Shown: positions 17,941 through 27,567 of the stretch, one piece after another
How the letters are laid out: each line of letters opens with the position of its first letter
Numbering within the stretch: position 1 is the stretch's first letter
IMG/VR virus record: IMGVR_UViG_3300034072_002231
Location: 1-54,588 of that record
Origin: a virus
Taxonomy: Duplodnaviria; Caudoviricetes
Length of the DNA: 54,588 bases
Reading direction: 5' to 3' (one strand)
Notes under the pieces: model-generated
What the model saw: only the letters and a program-made list of their open reading frames with translations
What the model was told of the DNA's origin: nothing
The model's database searches: none
Translations under genes and position numbers: made by a program

Positions 17941-18478
17941 TAACATGAGTTTCCCCAGTGCCGGGCACCACAGGCATGATCCGGGCGCAGTGGCCAATGG
18001 CTATACCGAATCCGCGCTTATGGCAGGTTTCCGGGAAAAGATTGAAGCCGAATTTGAGAAAAGAAAGCACAGCTTTATTTCCGACTATGATGCTGAGAAC
18101 AACAGAGAGTACCAGAAGCGCATTAAGCCCAGGACAGGCGATGTAATTGCCGACTTCCATATGAATGCCGCTGCGAATAAAAGCGCATCAGGTGTTGAAG
18201 TGTTTATTTCCAACAATGCAGACCCCGACAGCAAGGCACTTGCAAAAGAGCTCGTTGACGGGCTTGCTGCAATAATGGGCATTCCCAACAGGGGTGTTAA
18301 GACTGAGAAGCAGTCGCAGCACAAGCGCATTGGCATACTTAATAAGCCCGGTACCGCCGTGTTGATAGAGTTCTGCTTTATTACCAATCCGGGCGACCTG
18401 AAGGCCTTCCTTGACAATGAAGATAAAATTGCGGCTTTCGTGGCTGAAAAAATTATCAAGTATGATAAAAACAAGTAA
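17933..18478 (+). CDS. Endolysin, N-acetylmuramoyl-L-alanine amidase (Amidase_3)
   Basis: AGH...DPGA...E, FHMNA, LIEFCF zinc-amidase motifs. Confidence 0.9.
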   Translation: MSSNMSFPSAGHHRHDPGAVANGYTESALMAGFREKIEAEFEKRKHSFISDYDAENNREYQKRIKPRTGDVIADFHMNAAANKSASGVEVFISNNADPDSKALAKELVDGLAAIMGIPNRGVKTEKQSQHKRIGILNKPGTAVLIEFCFITNPGDLKAFLDNEDKIAAFVAEKIIKYDKNK

Positions 18479-19025
18479 GCTATTACTGTTAGGGCTTTGC
18501 ATGGTAGCTACATCATGCGGCAGCCGCAAAAAAGAAGTGCACCGGCAGGAGAGCCGCTTCAGCTTCAAAAGTGATATTGATACAAGCGCTTCCTTCAGCT
18601 ATAATACTACCGATTTAAAAACATTCGCGTGGGAGAATACCGCTTCACAAAACAGCCTGGTAATTGAATATACTGGAGAGAATGGCGATTCTATCTCTAT
18701 AGTCAACTTTGGCGCAGATGGCAAAATTGCTTCAGGTACCACCATAAAAGGCAAAGGCAGGATAAATGTTTCCTCCGGGAACAGCACTGTCAAAACTTCC
18801 GGAACCGGTTCTGAACTCAAAGAATCGGAAGGCGATTTTAAAGGCAGCAGCCACACTAAAATCAACGGTGAAGGCAGTTCAGAAACACTGGATAAAAAAG
18901 CAGAGCGAAAAAGCAACTGGCTTTGGCTATGGCTGCTTTTGGCGCTCATAGCTGCCGGTATTGTGTGGTACATAAAAAAACACACCAATTGGTTTGCCAG
19001 GCTAAAAAATCATGTTACAAAGTAG
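18462..19025 (+). CDS. Putative unimolecular spanin
   Basis: Lipoprotein signal (VATS-C) plus C-terminal TM helix WLWLWLLLALIAAGIVWY, after endolysin. Confidence 0.65.
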   Translation: MIKTSKLLLLGLCMVATSCGSRKKEVHRQESRFSFKSDIDTSASFSYNTTDLKTFAWENTASQNSLVIEYTGENGDSISIVNFGADGKIASGTTIKGKGRINVSSGNSTVKTSGTGSELKESEGDFKGSSHTKINGEGSSETLDKKAERKSNWLWLWLLLALIAAGIVWYIKKHTNWFARLKNHVTK

Positions 19026-19048
19026 GATTTAAACAATAAGCATCTTCG
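19010..19048 (+). promoter_or_regulatory. Putative late promoter 2 (head)
   Basis: TCATGTTACAA-N20-CATCTTCG. Confidence 0.65.
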
Positions 19049-19052
19049 CACT

Positions 19053-19931
19053 ATGAAATCAAATCCACTTTTAAATGATATCGCAAAAGGCGTATGGGCC
19101 ATGAGTTTCGACGGCTTTTCGTTCTGGGTACCCATTGCTGATAAGCTTATGACAGGTGAGCAGATTAAACTGGATATTAATGCCGGTTCATTACTGACTG
19201 TAATTGATAAGGAAGATAAAGAGGTTATGCCCTATGAAGAAGGTAAATATGAAGTACCTGAAGGCTCTGTGGCAATTATAAATATGGTGGGGGTTCTCAT
19301 TAAGCATGGCGACTGGTGCGTGTATGGCGCTGATGATATAGTGAGGGCTTTGGAGTTTGTTGAAGCAGAGAAAAATTTTATTGGTGCTGTAGCTTATATA
19401 GACGGCCCCGGTGGCGGGGTTTCGGCAATACCCCCTTTTGTAGCTTTCGGCAAAAGGAAACAAAAATCATATGTAGGGCTGTATGACCAGAACTGCTCGG
19501 CGCATCTTTACTCTTCACTTTCTTTTGTAGATCACATGATGGCTGAGAATGATATTTCAGCCACAATAGGTTCCTGCGGCGTAGTGCTTTCCTTCCGCGA
19601 TAACAGGAAGTACCTGGAAAGCCTCGGATGGAAATCACATGAAATATATCCGGAAGAAAGCGAAGATAAAAACCTAGCCTTCAGGCTGGCACTGGAAGGT
19701 AAGTATGAGAAGATAAAAAAAGAAATGCTTTCTCCCCTTGCTGTCAAGTTCCAGAATGCAGTGAAAGCGGCAAGGCCAAGGCTTAAAGCTAATGCGCCGG
19801 GTGTGCTGACAGGCAAGACTTTTTTTACTGAAGAAGCCATTGAAGTAGGGCTTACCGATTCAATGGGTACTATGCAGGATGCCATCAACAGGGTGAGGAT
19901 GCTGCATGAAATGAAAAATTATAAAAAGTAA
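19053..19931 (+). CDS. S49 family prohead protease
   Basis: IDGPGGGV, CSAHLY, TIGSCGV, TGKTF...AIEVGLTD. Confidence 0.9.
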   Translation: MKSNPLLNDIAKGVWAMSFDGFSFWVPIADKLMTGEQIKLDINAGSLLTVIDKEDKEVMPYEEGKYEVPEGSVAIINMVGVLIKHGDWCVYGADDIVRALEFVEAEKNFIGAVAYIDGPGGGVSAIPPFVAFGKRKQKSYVGLYDQNCSAHLYSSLSFVDHMMAENDISATIGSCGVVLSFRDNRKYLESLGWKSHEIYPEESEDKNLAFRLALEGKYEKIKKEMLSPLAVKFQNAVKAARPRLKANAPGVLTGKTFFTEEAIEVGLTDSMGTMQDAINRVRMLHEMKNYKK

Positions 19932-19958
19932 ATTTTTAACACTTAATACTAATTAGAA

Positions 19959-22169
19959 ATGGCACAGAAACAAATGTTTGCCGGGCTAAAGAAGACCATA
20001 GCAGGTATGATGGCCCTCTTCAACTTCAAGGCGGAAAGCGACATCCCCATTGATGCTGAAAAAAAAGAACTCAACTTAACCGATGAACAGGTCGCGAAGC
20101 TTAAGGAGCATTTTGGCGAAGATTACGCCACTACAATGCTCGAAACAGTTAACGGCGAGATTAAAGCCTATCTCGAAAATAACCTTGACGTTAAAGCCAT
20201 ACAGGATGAGCTTGATGCCATCGTAAAAGAAAAAGACCTTAAGAAAAAGCAGCTTGAGGGTGCAAAGCAAGAGGGGGGCGATGAAACTACACTCGCTGAA
20301 AAGCTAAGGTTACTGAATGAAGCGCATTCAGAAGAAAAAAAGAAAAGGGAAGAGCTGGAAGCTACGGTTCAGAAACTGATGAAAGAACCTGAAGGTGATT
20401 CCCCGGCAGTAATTATTAATGGAAAAGAAGTAAAAACAGGAATGAAACATTCAGGTACCCACTTGTTTGCAACGGGTAAACAGTACGATGCTTTTGATGG
20501 CCGCCCATGGAACGCCAGGTTCAGGGATGGTAGCGTAAAGGCTACGGATTTCAGCAGTGATTCAAACATCCCTACACTCCAGGGCGACCTTGAGCATTTT
20601 GTAAGGGAGAATCCAACAGCAATCAATTCATTATTTAATGATTTTGATGACCTGCCGGCAGAATGGAGCCGAAGGACAGGCGTGCTTGACCGCGTTTCTG
20701 ATGGCTATGTTATAGCTGCTGAAATCGTACAAGGCAGGCAAAAAGGCTGGTCACCAAAAAACAGGTTCAGGTTCTCGGTTGAAGAAGGTAAAGTATTCCG
20801 TAAGAAGATTGATATTACTTTCGGCGGCTACGAGCTTCAGGAAATTGAGAATACCTGGTTACGCATCAAAAATAGTGACGGTTCACATCCGTGGAAAATG
20901 TCATTTATCGGCTTCCTTCTATCAGAGCTTGTAAAAAGGCAAAAGCAGGATGACAGGAAAGCCCAGATAAGGGGTATATATGTACCTACGCCTGATGGAG
21001 ATAATACTCCGGGTAAAGCAGAGAACTCACAAAATGGCTTACTTTTCCTTTGGTGGTACTACAGGGATGTACTAAAAAAATTCAGGCCGTTTACTACAGG
21101 TTTACCTGCCGGAGTGCCAACCGAATCCAATATAGTAGATTATATTGAGGAGATGATTATGGGCATACCTGAAGATTACAGGGGTATGGAAGGCTTGGAA
21201 ATCCAACTTTCAGAAAAATGGGAGAAAGCGTACCGTAAAAGGGCTGCTGAAGGCTATGCACATCATTACAGTACCGATTTGGGTAAAAAAGAGTATTCAC
21301 TTATGCACCCGATTGACAGGCCAAACTATAAGTTCCAGGTGCTAAAGGATATGACCAAAACTGATTTTATAGGTATAACCTTTTCAAGCAATGTGCAGAT
21401 CCTTGACTACAATGTGGATGAGAAAGGTAAGTTTACCATAACCCAGGACAGGAGGGATACACACATATTCGCCGATTACAGGCTTGGCATCAGGTTCATC
21501 TTCGTAGGTAATAAGCTGGCTGAAGGCGCACCCGACGAGCTGGAGGCGCAGTACCTATGGTGTAATAATGTACCGGTATTCGGCAGCGATGTTAAAGTAC
21601 CAGCTTTTGATGACAGGACCGGCATACTAAAAATGCCTTACCCGTCAATCCAGATTGATGAGAAATGGGTAACGGATATTGCTGATATTGAAGGCAACCT
21701 TGTTCCCGGACAAATTGTAAGGATAACCGGTAACCCTGCTTTAGCAGGCGTTAAGAACCTGAAGGATAATGCAAAATTCGATTTGCAGGGTGATTACCCA
21801 CTAAACACAGCCGGTACCATTACACTTTTTGTGAATGAGGATAAAACCTTAAAGGAAATAGAAAGGACAACAACAGCGCCTACAGCAGTTTCAACAGATG
21901 TTGAATTTGACACTCCTGCAATAGATGCTAATGAAGGCACAGTATTCAGGTACACCGGAGCATCAGATTCAATGGAGAATATCCTTAACGGTGTTGAAGG
22001 TAAATCCATAAGGATCTACGGAAGTAATACAGCCGATGTAGTGCTTACACTAACAACTGCCGGAAACATCACAATGTCTGCTGATGCTTTACTGGCATCA
22101 AGTGCAGATTACGTACAGCTAACCCGTATTAACGGTTACTGGAGAGATACCAAACGTGTAATAGCTTAA
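19959..22169 (+). CDS. Major capsid protein with N-terminal scaffold and C-terminal extension
   Basis: 736 aa after protease; coiled-coil N-terminus, beta-rich repeated C-terminal domains. Confidence 0.7.
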   Translation: MAQKQMFAGLKKTIAGMMALFNFKAESDIPIDAEKKELNLTDEQVAKLKEHFGEDYATTMLETVNGEIKAYLENNLDVKAIQDELDAIVKEKDLKKKQLEGAKQEGGDETTLAEKLRLLNEAHSEEKKKREELEATVQKLMKEPEGDSPAVIINGKEVKTGMKHSGTHLFATGKQYDAFDGRPWNARFRDGSVKATDFSSDSNIPTLQGDLEHFVRENPTAINSLFNDFDDLPAEWSRRTGVLDRVSDGYVIAAEIVQGRQKGWSPKNRFRFSVEEGKVFRKKIDITFGGYELQEIENTWLRIKNSDGSHPWKMSFIGFLLSELVKRQKQDDRKAQIRGIYVPTPDGDNTPGKAENSQNGLLFLWWYYRDVLKKFRPFTTGLPAGVPTESNIVDYIEEMIMGIPEDYRGMEGLEIQLSEKWEKAYRKRAAEGYAHHYSTDLGKKEYSLMHPIDRPNYKFQVLKDMTKTDFIGITFSSNVQILDYNVDEKGKFTITQDRRDTHIFADYRLGIRFIFVGNKLAEGAPDELEAQYLWCNNVPVFGSDVKVPAFDDRTGILKMPYPSIQIDEKWVTDIADIEGNLVPGQIVRITGNPALAGVKNLKDNAKFDLQGDYPLNTAGTITLFVNEDKTLKEIERTTTAPTAVSTDVEFDTPAIDANEGTVFRYTGASDSMENILNGVEGKSIRIYGSNTADVVLTLTTAGNITMSADALLASSADYVQLTRINGYWRDTKRVIA

Positions 22170-22179
22170 TTATTTTATC

Positions 22180-23001
22180 ATGTATATACCAATAAACATA
22201 ACCAAGCCCAAGGGAACATCTCCCGGGGCTGCTACTCCCAAAGACCCGAATATTACGATCGTCCTTGTGGATGATATCCTTACTCATCCTTTGCGTGATG
22301 CAGGTGGTGTAAAGATGCTGGGCAACATTGTAATGAAACCTGGTACAAAAATGTATCAGCTTTATCAATCGCCTTCAAAATTCAAGGGATCTTATGAACC
22401 TGAAGGCGACGAAGACACAGTAACCTACAAGCAAAAGGTAGAGATGGAGCACCCGGGCGACAGCCTTGAGATAAACGAGTTCATTACGAACTGGACCGGT
22501 AAAAATGTACTTGTAATCTTTGGTAGTTGCTCCGAAAACTTCCGTAAGGTATACGGTACCAAATGCGCACCCCTACAGGTTAAGGCTACAAGCCAGGATG
22601 ATAACGACGCGAGGAAGAAAATGCTTGTTTTTGAGCAATATGCTAAATCAGCCTTCCTTCCGGGCCACTACACAGGCGAGCTCGTATTCGACGAGCCATT
22701 TGCCCCGGCTACAGCAGCATTTGATGTAACTGAGGCTAACGGCCATCAGTACCGCATACCAGCGCTTGATGTTACAGCCGATATCTCATTTACTGCACTG
22801 TCATTGCCACATGGCAGCACAGTAACGCTTATCGGTTCAGGTGGTGAAGATCCGGCAACGCTGACTTCAGCCGTTGCAGGCCAGGCTACAGTAATATTAA
22901 GTGCCGGTTCTGACTGGACTGCGCTTTTAAACGCTACCATTCAGCTACAGGTATTTGATGCCGGCGCAACAAAATACCTGATAGAAGTGGCAAGATCTTA
23001 A
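22180..23001 (+). CDS. Putative major tail (tube) protein
   Basis: Follows capsid; beta-rich; C-terminal domain similar to capsid extension. Confidence 0.5.
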   Translation: MYIPINITKPKGTSPGAATPKDPNITIVLVDDILTHPLRDAGGVKMLGNIVMKPGTKMYQLYQSPSKFKGSYEPEGDEDTVTYKQKVEMEHPGDSLEINEFITNWTGKNVLVIFGSCSENFRKVYGTKCAPLQVKATSQDDNDARKKMLVFEQYAKSAFLPGHYTGELVFDEPFAPATAAFDVTEANGHQYRIPALDVTADISFTALSLPHGSTVTLIGSGGEDPATLTSAVAGQATVILSAGSDWTALLNATIQLQVFDAGATKYLIEVARS

Positions 23002-23023
23002 CCGGGTTTATTCTAATCATAAT

Positions 23024-23051
23024 AAGGCACGCCTGCGGGTGTGCCTTTTTT
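23024..23051 (+). terminator. Rho-independent terminator
   Basis: AAGGCACGCC TGC GGGTGTGCCTTTTTT. Confidence 0.8.
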
Positions 23052-23089
23052 CATGTTACAACTTTTTTTTTCAGGCTGTTCCATCTTTG
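23051..23089 (+). promoter_or_regulatory. Putative late promoter 3 (packaging)
   Basis: TCATGTTACAA-N20-CATCTTTG. Confidence 0.65.
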
Positions 23090-23116
23090 GAAAAAGTTTA
23101 ATCAAATACTCTTGTC

Positions 23117-23962
23117 ATGACAAAAAATGATGTAATTAACTTCTTCCGCGCTTTGCCTGCAGCAGAGCCGGAACAATTCAACAGGGCGCTGGAGATGTAC
23201 CGCAAAAGTCCTGCCCACAATGCCGGCCTTGTGCGCCAGTACAACGCTTCAGGCTACAGCAAAACCACACTCGCCAACCTTTTATACGACCTGCAACAGC
23301 TATGGGGCATAAAGGATGTAGAGAAACTACCGGTAAAGAAAAAAGAAGCGGTACAGGATGAAACCCAGGAGCCGCCACAAGGCGATTCAGGAAACGCTGA
23401 TACCGGTTCAGATGATACCGGTTCCGATAGTACCGGCACAGGCAGCGATACTGGTAAAGAACCTGAAGCAGATGATAAACTTAAGTTCCGGGATGAATAC
23501 CCCTTCCTGAAGCTGGAGAGCTGCCCTGCCGAACTTAAGATACTTGCTACGGATAAAATCACAGCTTATAATTCATACCAGGAGAAGCACGCACTACTTG
23601 CACAGATAGCAGACGGAACAGTCCAGGTAACGGAAGATGAAAAGGCGGCAATTGCAGCAGCGGCTGTTGCTGAGTATGAAAAGGGCGAAGCAATTAAGGC
23701 AGAGTTCGACTATTACCGCGACACTAATCAAGTTTTAGGTAAACACCCTGTATTTGCAGATCTGGCGCTTAAGCGTGAGATTGACAGCTTGAGCATAGAA
23801 GAATGCCATAAGGAAATCAAAAACGCAGCGCCTTACATTTCTAAAAAGAAAAAATCAATTGCCAAAGCCAAGTCAGAAGAGGAGAAAGCAAAGCTACAGG
23901 CCGAGCTGAAGGCAAGGGAAGAAAAACTGAAAAAGGTTAAGGAGAAACTGGGCATACAGTAA
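23117..23962 (+). CDS. Hypothetical phage protein with DTGSD low-complexity linker
   Basis: 281 aa; 15-bp tandem units GATACCGGTTCMGAT at 23399-23428. Confidence 0.75.
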   Translation: MTKNDVINFFRALPAAEPEQFNRALEMYRKSPAHNAGLVRQYNASGYSKTTLANLLYDLQQLWGIKDVEKLPVKKKEAVQDETQEPPQGDSGNADTGSDDTGSDSTGTGSDTGKEPEADDKLKFRDEYPFLKLESCPAELKILATDKITAYNSYQEKHALLAQIADGTVQVTEDEKAAIAAAAVAEYEKGEAIKAEFDYYRDTNQVLGKHPVFADLALKREIDSLSIEECHKEIKNAAPYISKKKKSIAKAKSEEEKAKLQAELKAREEKLKKVKEKLGIQ

Positions 23963-24558
23963 TGAACCGCTTTTTTGATTACAGGGAACTCCAGGTTAAA
24001 AAGGAAGAAGATGAAGAATTTTCGAATAAATGGGAATCAAAGTATTTGAATTTTCATTTTGAGAAAGTGGCCAGCCTTCAGGAAGACCTTACCAGGCTAC
24101 CAACGCCGGGCGAAATCTTTTTCCTGCTTTCCGAGGGTTCCTTTAATGCCTTTACGTTCATTCCCCTGATTGCAAAGCGTTTCCCGGTTAAGGAATTGTT
24201 TGCAAGCACTTACAGTATCAGCCGCAGGGTGGTTGAAGCTGTAATAGAAATGCACGATAAAGGCATGATAGAACAGGTAACGCTCCTTGTTTCAGAAAGC
24301 ATGATAAAGCGTAACCCTGTAACCATCGACAACCTTATGGCAATGGCAAAGGACAGGCCTAACGTAAACGTTCTTTATGCATGGGTGCATGCTAAAGTTT
24401 GTTTACTGCGCACACACGAGTTTCATTATGTCATTGAAGGCTCAGGCAACTGGGCCGAAAATGCACAGTATGAACAGTATTTGCTTGCCAATGACAAAGG
24501 GTTGTACGATTTCCGCATGAACCTATTTACCACATCTAAATTAAAGAAATACCCATGA
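23962..24558 (+). CDS. Phospholipase D/nuclease-fold protein
   Basis: HAKV...IEGSGNW single HxK...GSxN motif. Confidence 0.7.
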   Translation: MNRFFDYRELQVKKEEDEEFSNKWESKYLNFHFEKVASLQEDLTRLPTPGEIFFLLSEGSFNAFTFIPLIAKRFPVKELFASTYSISRRVVEAVIEMHDKGMIEQVTLLVSESMIKRNPVTIDNLMAMAKDRPNVNVLYAWVHAKVCLLRTHEFHYVIEGSGNWAENAQYEQYLLANDKGLYDFRMNLFTTSKLKKYP

Positions 24559-24731
24559 TACTGATAGAGATTTTCATAATGATCGTGCTGCTTGTAACCA
24601 TCGTGCTGCAGGTGTTGCAGCTTACAGATTTTAAGGAATGGAGGAGCCACGTTATCGAGGGCTTTTACCTGGCAGTTATTGTGGCGCTGCTGCTGACCGG
24701 TGATTTGCTGCAGCACTTAAAATTCTGGTAA
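24555..24731 (+). CDS. Small two-TM membrane protein (absent from ORF track)
   Basis: 58 aa MILIEIFIMIVLLVTIVLQVLQ...HLKFW; ATGA overlap upstream, 1 bp gap downstream. Confidence 0.65.
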   Translation: MILIEIFIMIVLLVTIVLQVLQLTDFKEWRSHVIEGFYLAVIVALLLTGDLLQHLKFW

Positions 24732-24732
24732 T

Positions 24733-25047
24733 ATGGTTTTGTCTGAAGAGCAAATAAAAGCTGTTGAAGATCTTGCCGCCGCTAACTATTCCCCGGAGAA
24801 GATAGCGCTGTATCTCGATGTCAACAAAGCGGAGTTCCTGAAGGAATGGTACGACCACCACAGCGATATCCGCACGGCCTACGACAGGGGGCAGCTTCAG
24901 GCAGAGTTCCTGATAAACGAAAAGCAGCTCGACCTGGCAAAGTCAGGCAATATTACTGCTGCACAAATTTTCCTGAAGGAGGCCGAAAGGGTAAAAACCG
25001 AAAATATTCGAAACCGCATACTGTTTGGAGATGAAACTAACGATTGA
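24733..25047 (+). CDS. Putative terminase small subunit / HTH protein
   Basis: SPEKIALYLDV HTH-like, LAKSGNITAAQ; upstream of large terminase. Confidence 0.55.
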   Translation: MVLSEEQIKAVEDLAAANYSPEKIALYLDVNKAEFLKEWYDHHSDIRTAYDRGQLQAEFLINEKQLDLAKSGNITAAQIFLKEAERVKTENIRNRILFGDETND

Positions 25048-25663
25048 AGATATCGACCTTAAATATATCAAGAACTATATAGAGAATGGGCCGGGCGGCG
25101 ATGCCCCGGAAGCTGTGAACCGTTACCTGAGCCTTATGGATATGGTAAGGGGCATGCACAAGCGCATAGATAAATATGGCAGCCCTGAACCTATCATTAA
25201 GCATTTAATGACAACAGAGAAGCTGTCCCGGAAAAAAGCAAAGCAGATCTATGAAGAAGCGCTTGATTATTTCTATTGCGATAACTATATATCAAAACAG
25301 GCATGGAAGAATATCTATGCCGAAAAAATTGATATGCTCATCAATTTCAGCATGCTGGTAATGAAAGATGTCAGCGATGCGGCCAAGATTGCCAAAACCA
25401 TTATGGATGTGTGGAAAGTCAGGGAGCTTGACAAAGCCGAGGGGCAGGATATACCGGGAGAACTACTGGCAAAGCCGTTCAAGGTATATAATGCCAACGC
25501 TGAAGCTCTGGGTATGCCGCGGATTGACCGTAACAAACTGAAGGCACTCATTGATGAGAATGTGCCCGGACTTACGGAAGTACAAAAACAGGCGCTCTAC
25601 AGGGAAGCCGATATTGACGGAATGTTTAAAGCCTTTTTAGATGAGCAGGAAAACCCGCGTTGA
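25031..25663 (+). CDS. Hypothetical packaging-module protein
   Basis: ATG at 25031; overlaps large terminase start. Confidence 0.65.
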   Translation: MKLTIEDIDLKYIKNYIENGPGGDAPEAVNRYLSLMDMVRGMHKRIDKYGSPEPIIKHLMTTEKLSRKKAKQIYEEALDYFYCDNYISKQAWKNIYAEKIDMLINFSMLVMKDVSDAAKIAKTIMDVWKVRELDKAEGQDIPGELLAKPFKVYNANAEALGMPRIDRNKLKALIDENVPGLTEVQKQALYREADIDGMFKAFLDEQENPR

Positions 25664-27341
25664 TTTAAAAAGCGAGCTTGTAGAGCAACGCTATGCCACA
25701 AAGGTACAGATGGTAATTGATGCCGTGTCGCCAAAGAACCTTGCCATTATTGGCGGTCGTGGTACGGCAAAGACTACCATTTTCATGGCGCGCCGCTCTA
25801 TGGATATTATTCAGGATATGCCCGGTGCATACCTGGCATTGGTAACTGACACCTATACCAATGCAGAAAAAAACGTTGTGCCTACCCTTGTTGACGGATG
25901 GAAGCGCGAAGGCTGGATAGAAGGCGTACACTTTGTAATCAACAAAAGACCGCCGGCACATTTTAAAGATCCTTACAAGCCGCCGCTTACTTTTAAAAAT
26001 ACTATTTCCCTCTACAACGGTACAATCATTATCCTGGTAAGTTTAGACCAGCCAAGCAGCGCTGCCGGTAACTCCTACCAGCACATTTTTGGCGACGAGG
26101 CCAGGCTGTTGAAGTTTGAAAAGCTGAAAAGGCTGAACCCTGCCCTGAGGGGTGAAGCGGAACGATTCGGCCACTCTGTTTACTACCGCGGCAGGACTTT
26201 CATGACCGATATGCCCAATATCCTCTCCGGAGATGAAGACTGGATATGGGACATGAAAAAAGAAATGGATAATGAAAAGGTACAGCTCGCGTTTCAGGCC
26301 GGCATGGTGCTGAATGAAATAAAAATTGAGTTTTTAAGCGCGGTAGAGAAAAAGGATAAAACCGAAATGCTTCGGCTCAAAAAGCAATTCAAGAACTGGT
26401 ATGCCACATGGGTTTCTGCCCGGTTTGACCTTACCATGTTCTATGTAGTTTCCACACTGGCCAATGCCGATATTTTGACAGACGGCTACATTGCAGACCA
26501 GCTCGCATCACTCGGGCCCGAAGAATTTAAATCGGCAGTGCTATCCCTGAAACCGGATATTAAGCAGGGAGAGAAGTTTTACGGCCATTTGGGAGAGCAT
26601 CATTTTTATGATGATGGTATATTGCCGGCATTTTACGAAAAGTACAGCATTAACGATGATGTTAAGGCAAGCAGCCTTGCGCTGCGGTATATTGACCATA
26701 ATGCGGCAATTGATGTCGGGGTTGACTTTGGCGATATGTGCAGCATGGTAACAGGCCAGCATATTGGAAACTACCTTTACCTGCTCAAGGAATTTTACAC
26801 CCTTGCCCCGGAAAGCTCCGCGGCGCTTGCTGCAAAATTCCGTGATTTCTATAAAGACCATAATAAAAAGGTAGTGAATATGTACTATGACCGCTCCGGG
26901 AACCAGTACAGCAAAGTCAACCGCGACTGGGCATCAGAACTAAAAGGCTTTATTGAATATGATAACGGGGTAAGCACAGGCTGGTACGTCAACCTGATAA
27001 GCCGTAACCAGGCTACCATTTTACAATCTGAAGAATACAAATTTGCCGAGCAGCTTATGGGGGAAACCCATAAAGGCCTGCCGAAGCTGAAGATTGATAA
27101 ATTTGGCTGTGAATGCCTGAAGAGCAGCCTTGAGTTGACAAAAATAATTATAAAGGTAGACCGGAAAGGAAGCAAATCAATCCATAAGGACAAATCATCA
27201 GAAAAGCTGCCTTTAAAAAAGCGGCCAAAGTTCTCTACTAACTTTTCAGATGCATTTAAATATTTTATTTATAGATCAGAATATACTAGATACACAACTG
27301 ATAGGCAATCCTTTAGAGCCTTCGAAATAAGTGTTTTCTGA
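25641..27341 (+). CDS. Terminase large subunit
   Basis: Walker A GGRGTAKT, Walker B IFGDE, RNase H-like VGVDFG and FSDAFKY. Confidence 0.88.
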   Translation: MSRKTRVDLKSELVEQRYATKVQMVIDAVSPKNLAIIGGRGTAKTTIFMARRSMDIIQDMPGAYLALVTDTYTNAEKNVVPTLVDGWKREGWIEGVHFVINKRPPAHFKDPYKPPLTFKNTISLYNGTIIILVSLDQPSSAAGNSYQHIFGDEARLLKFEKLKRLNPALRGEAERFGHSVYYRGRTFMTDMPNILSGDEDWIWDMKKEMDNEKVQLAFQAGMVLNEIKIEFLSAVEKKDKTEMLRLKKQFKNWYATWVSARFDLTMFYVVSTLANADILTDGYIADQLASLGPEEFKSAVLSLKPDIKQGEKFYGHLGEHHFYDDGILPAFYEKYSINDDVKASSLALRYIDHNAAIDVGVDFGDMCSMVTGQHIGNYLYLLKEFYTLAPESSAALAAKFRDFYKDHNKKVVNMYYDRSGNQYSKVNRDWASELKGFIEYDNGVSTGWYVNLISRNQATILQSEEYKFAEQLMGETHKGLPKLKIDKFGCECLKSSLELTKIIIKVDRKGSKSIHKDKSSEKLPLKKRPKFSTNFSDAFKYFIYRSEYTRYTTDRQSFRAFEISVF

Positions 27342-27567
27342 TTAAAATAAGAAAAAACTATTATGTTAAAGTTTTAAATAAATTTTTCTTATAAAACTGA
27401 ATTTCTATATTTGTCAAGAATGTTTTTTTAAAACATTATTTAAATATTAACTATAAAAATAATAATTTGGTAAATTATCGGGGCTTACCTTCCTAAAAAA
27501 CGTCCAAAGTAGGTGGTGTTATGAGAACCACAAATGACTATTTAATTACTAAAAAACTAATTTAAAA

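Noticed and set aside
23399-23457. Tandem 15-bp repeat as a functional array
   Set aside because: In-frame low-complexity DTGSD linker, two to three degenerate units
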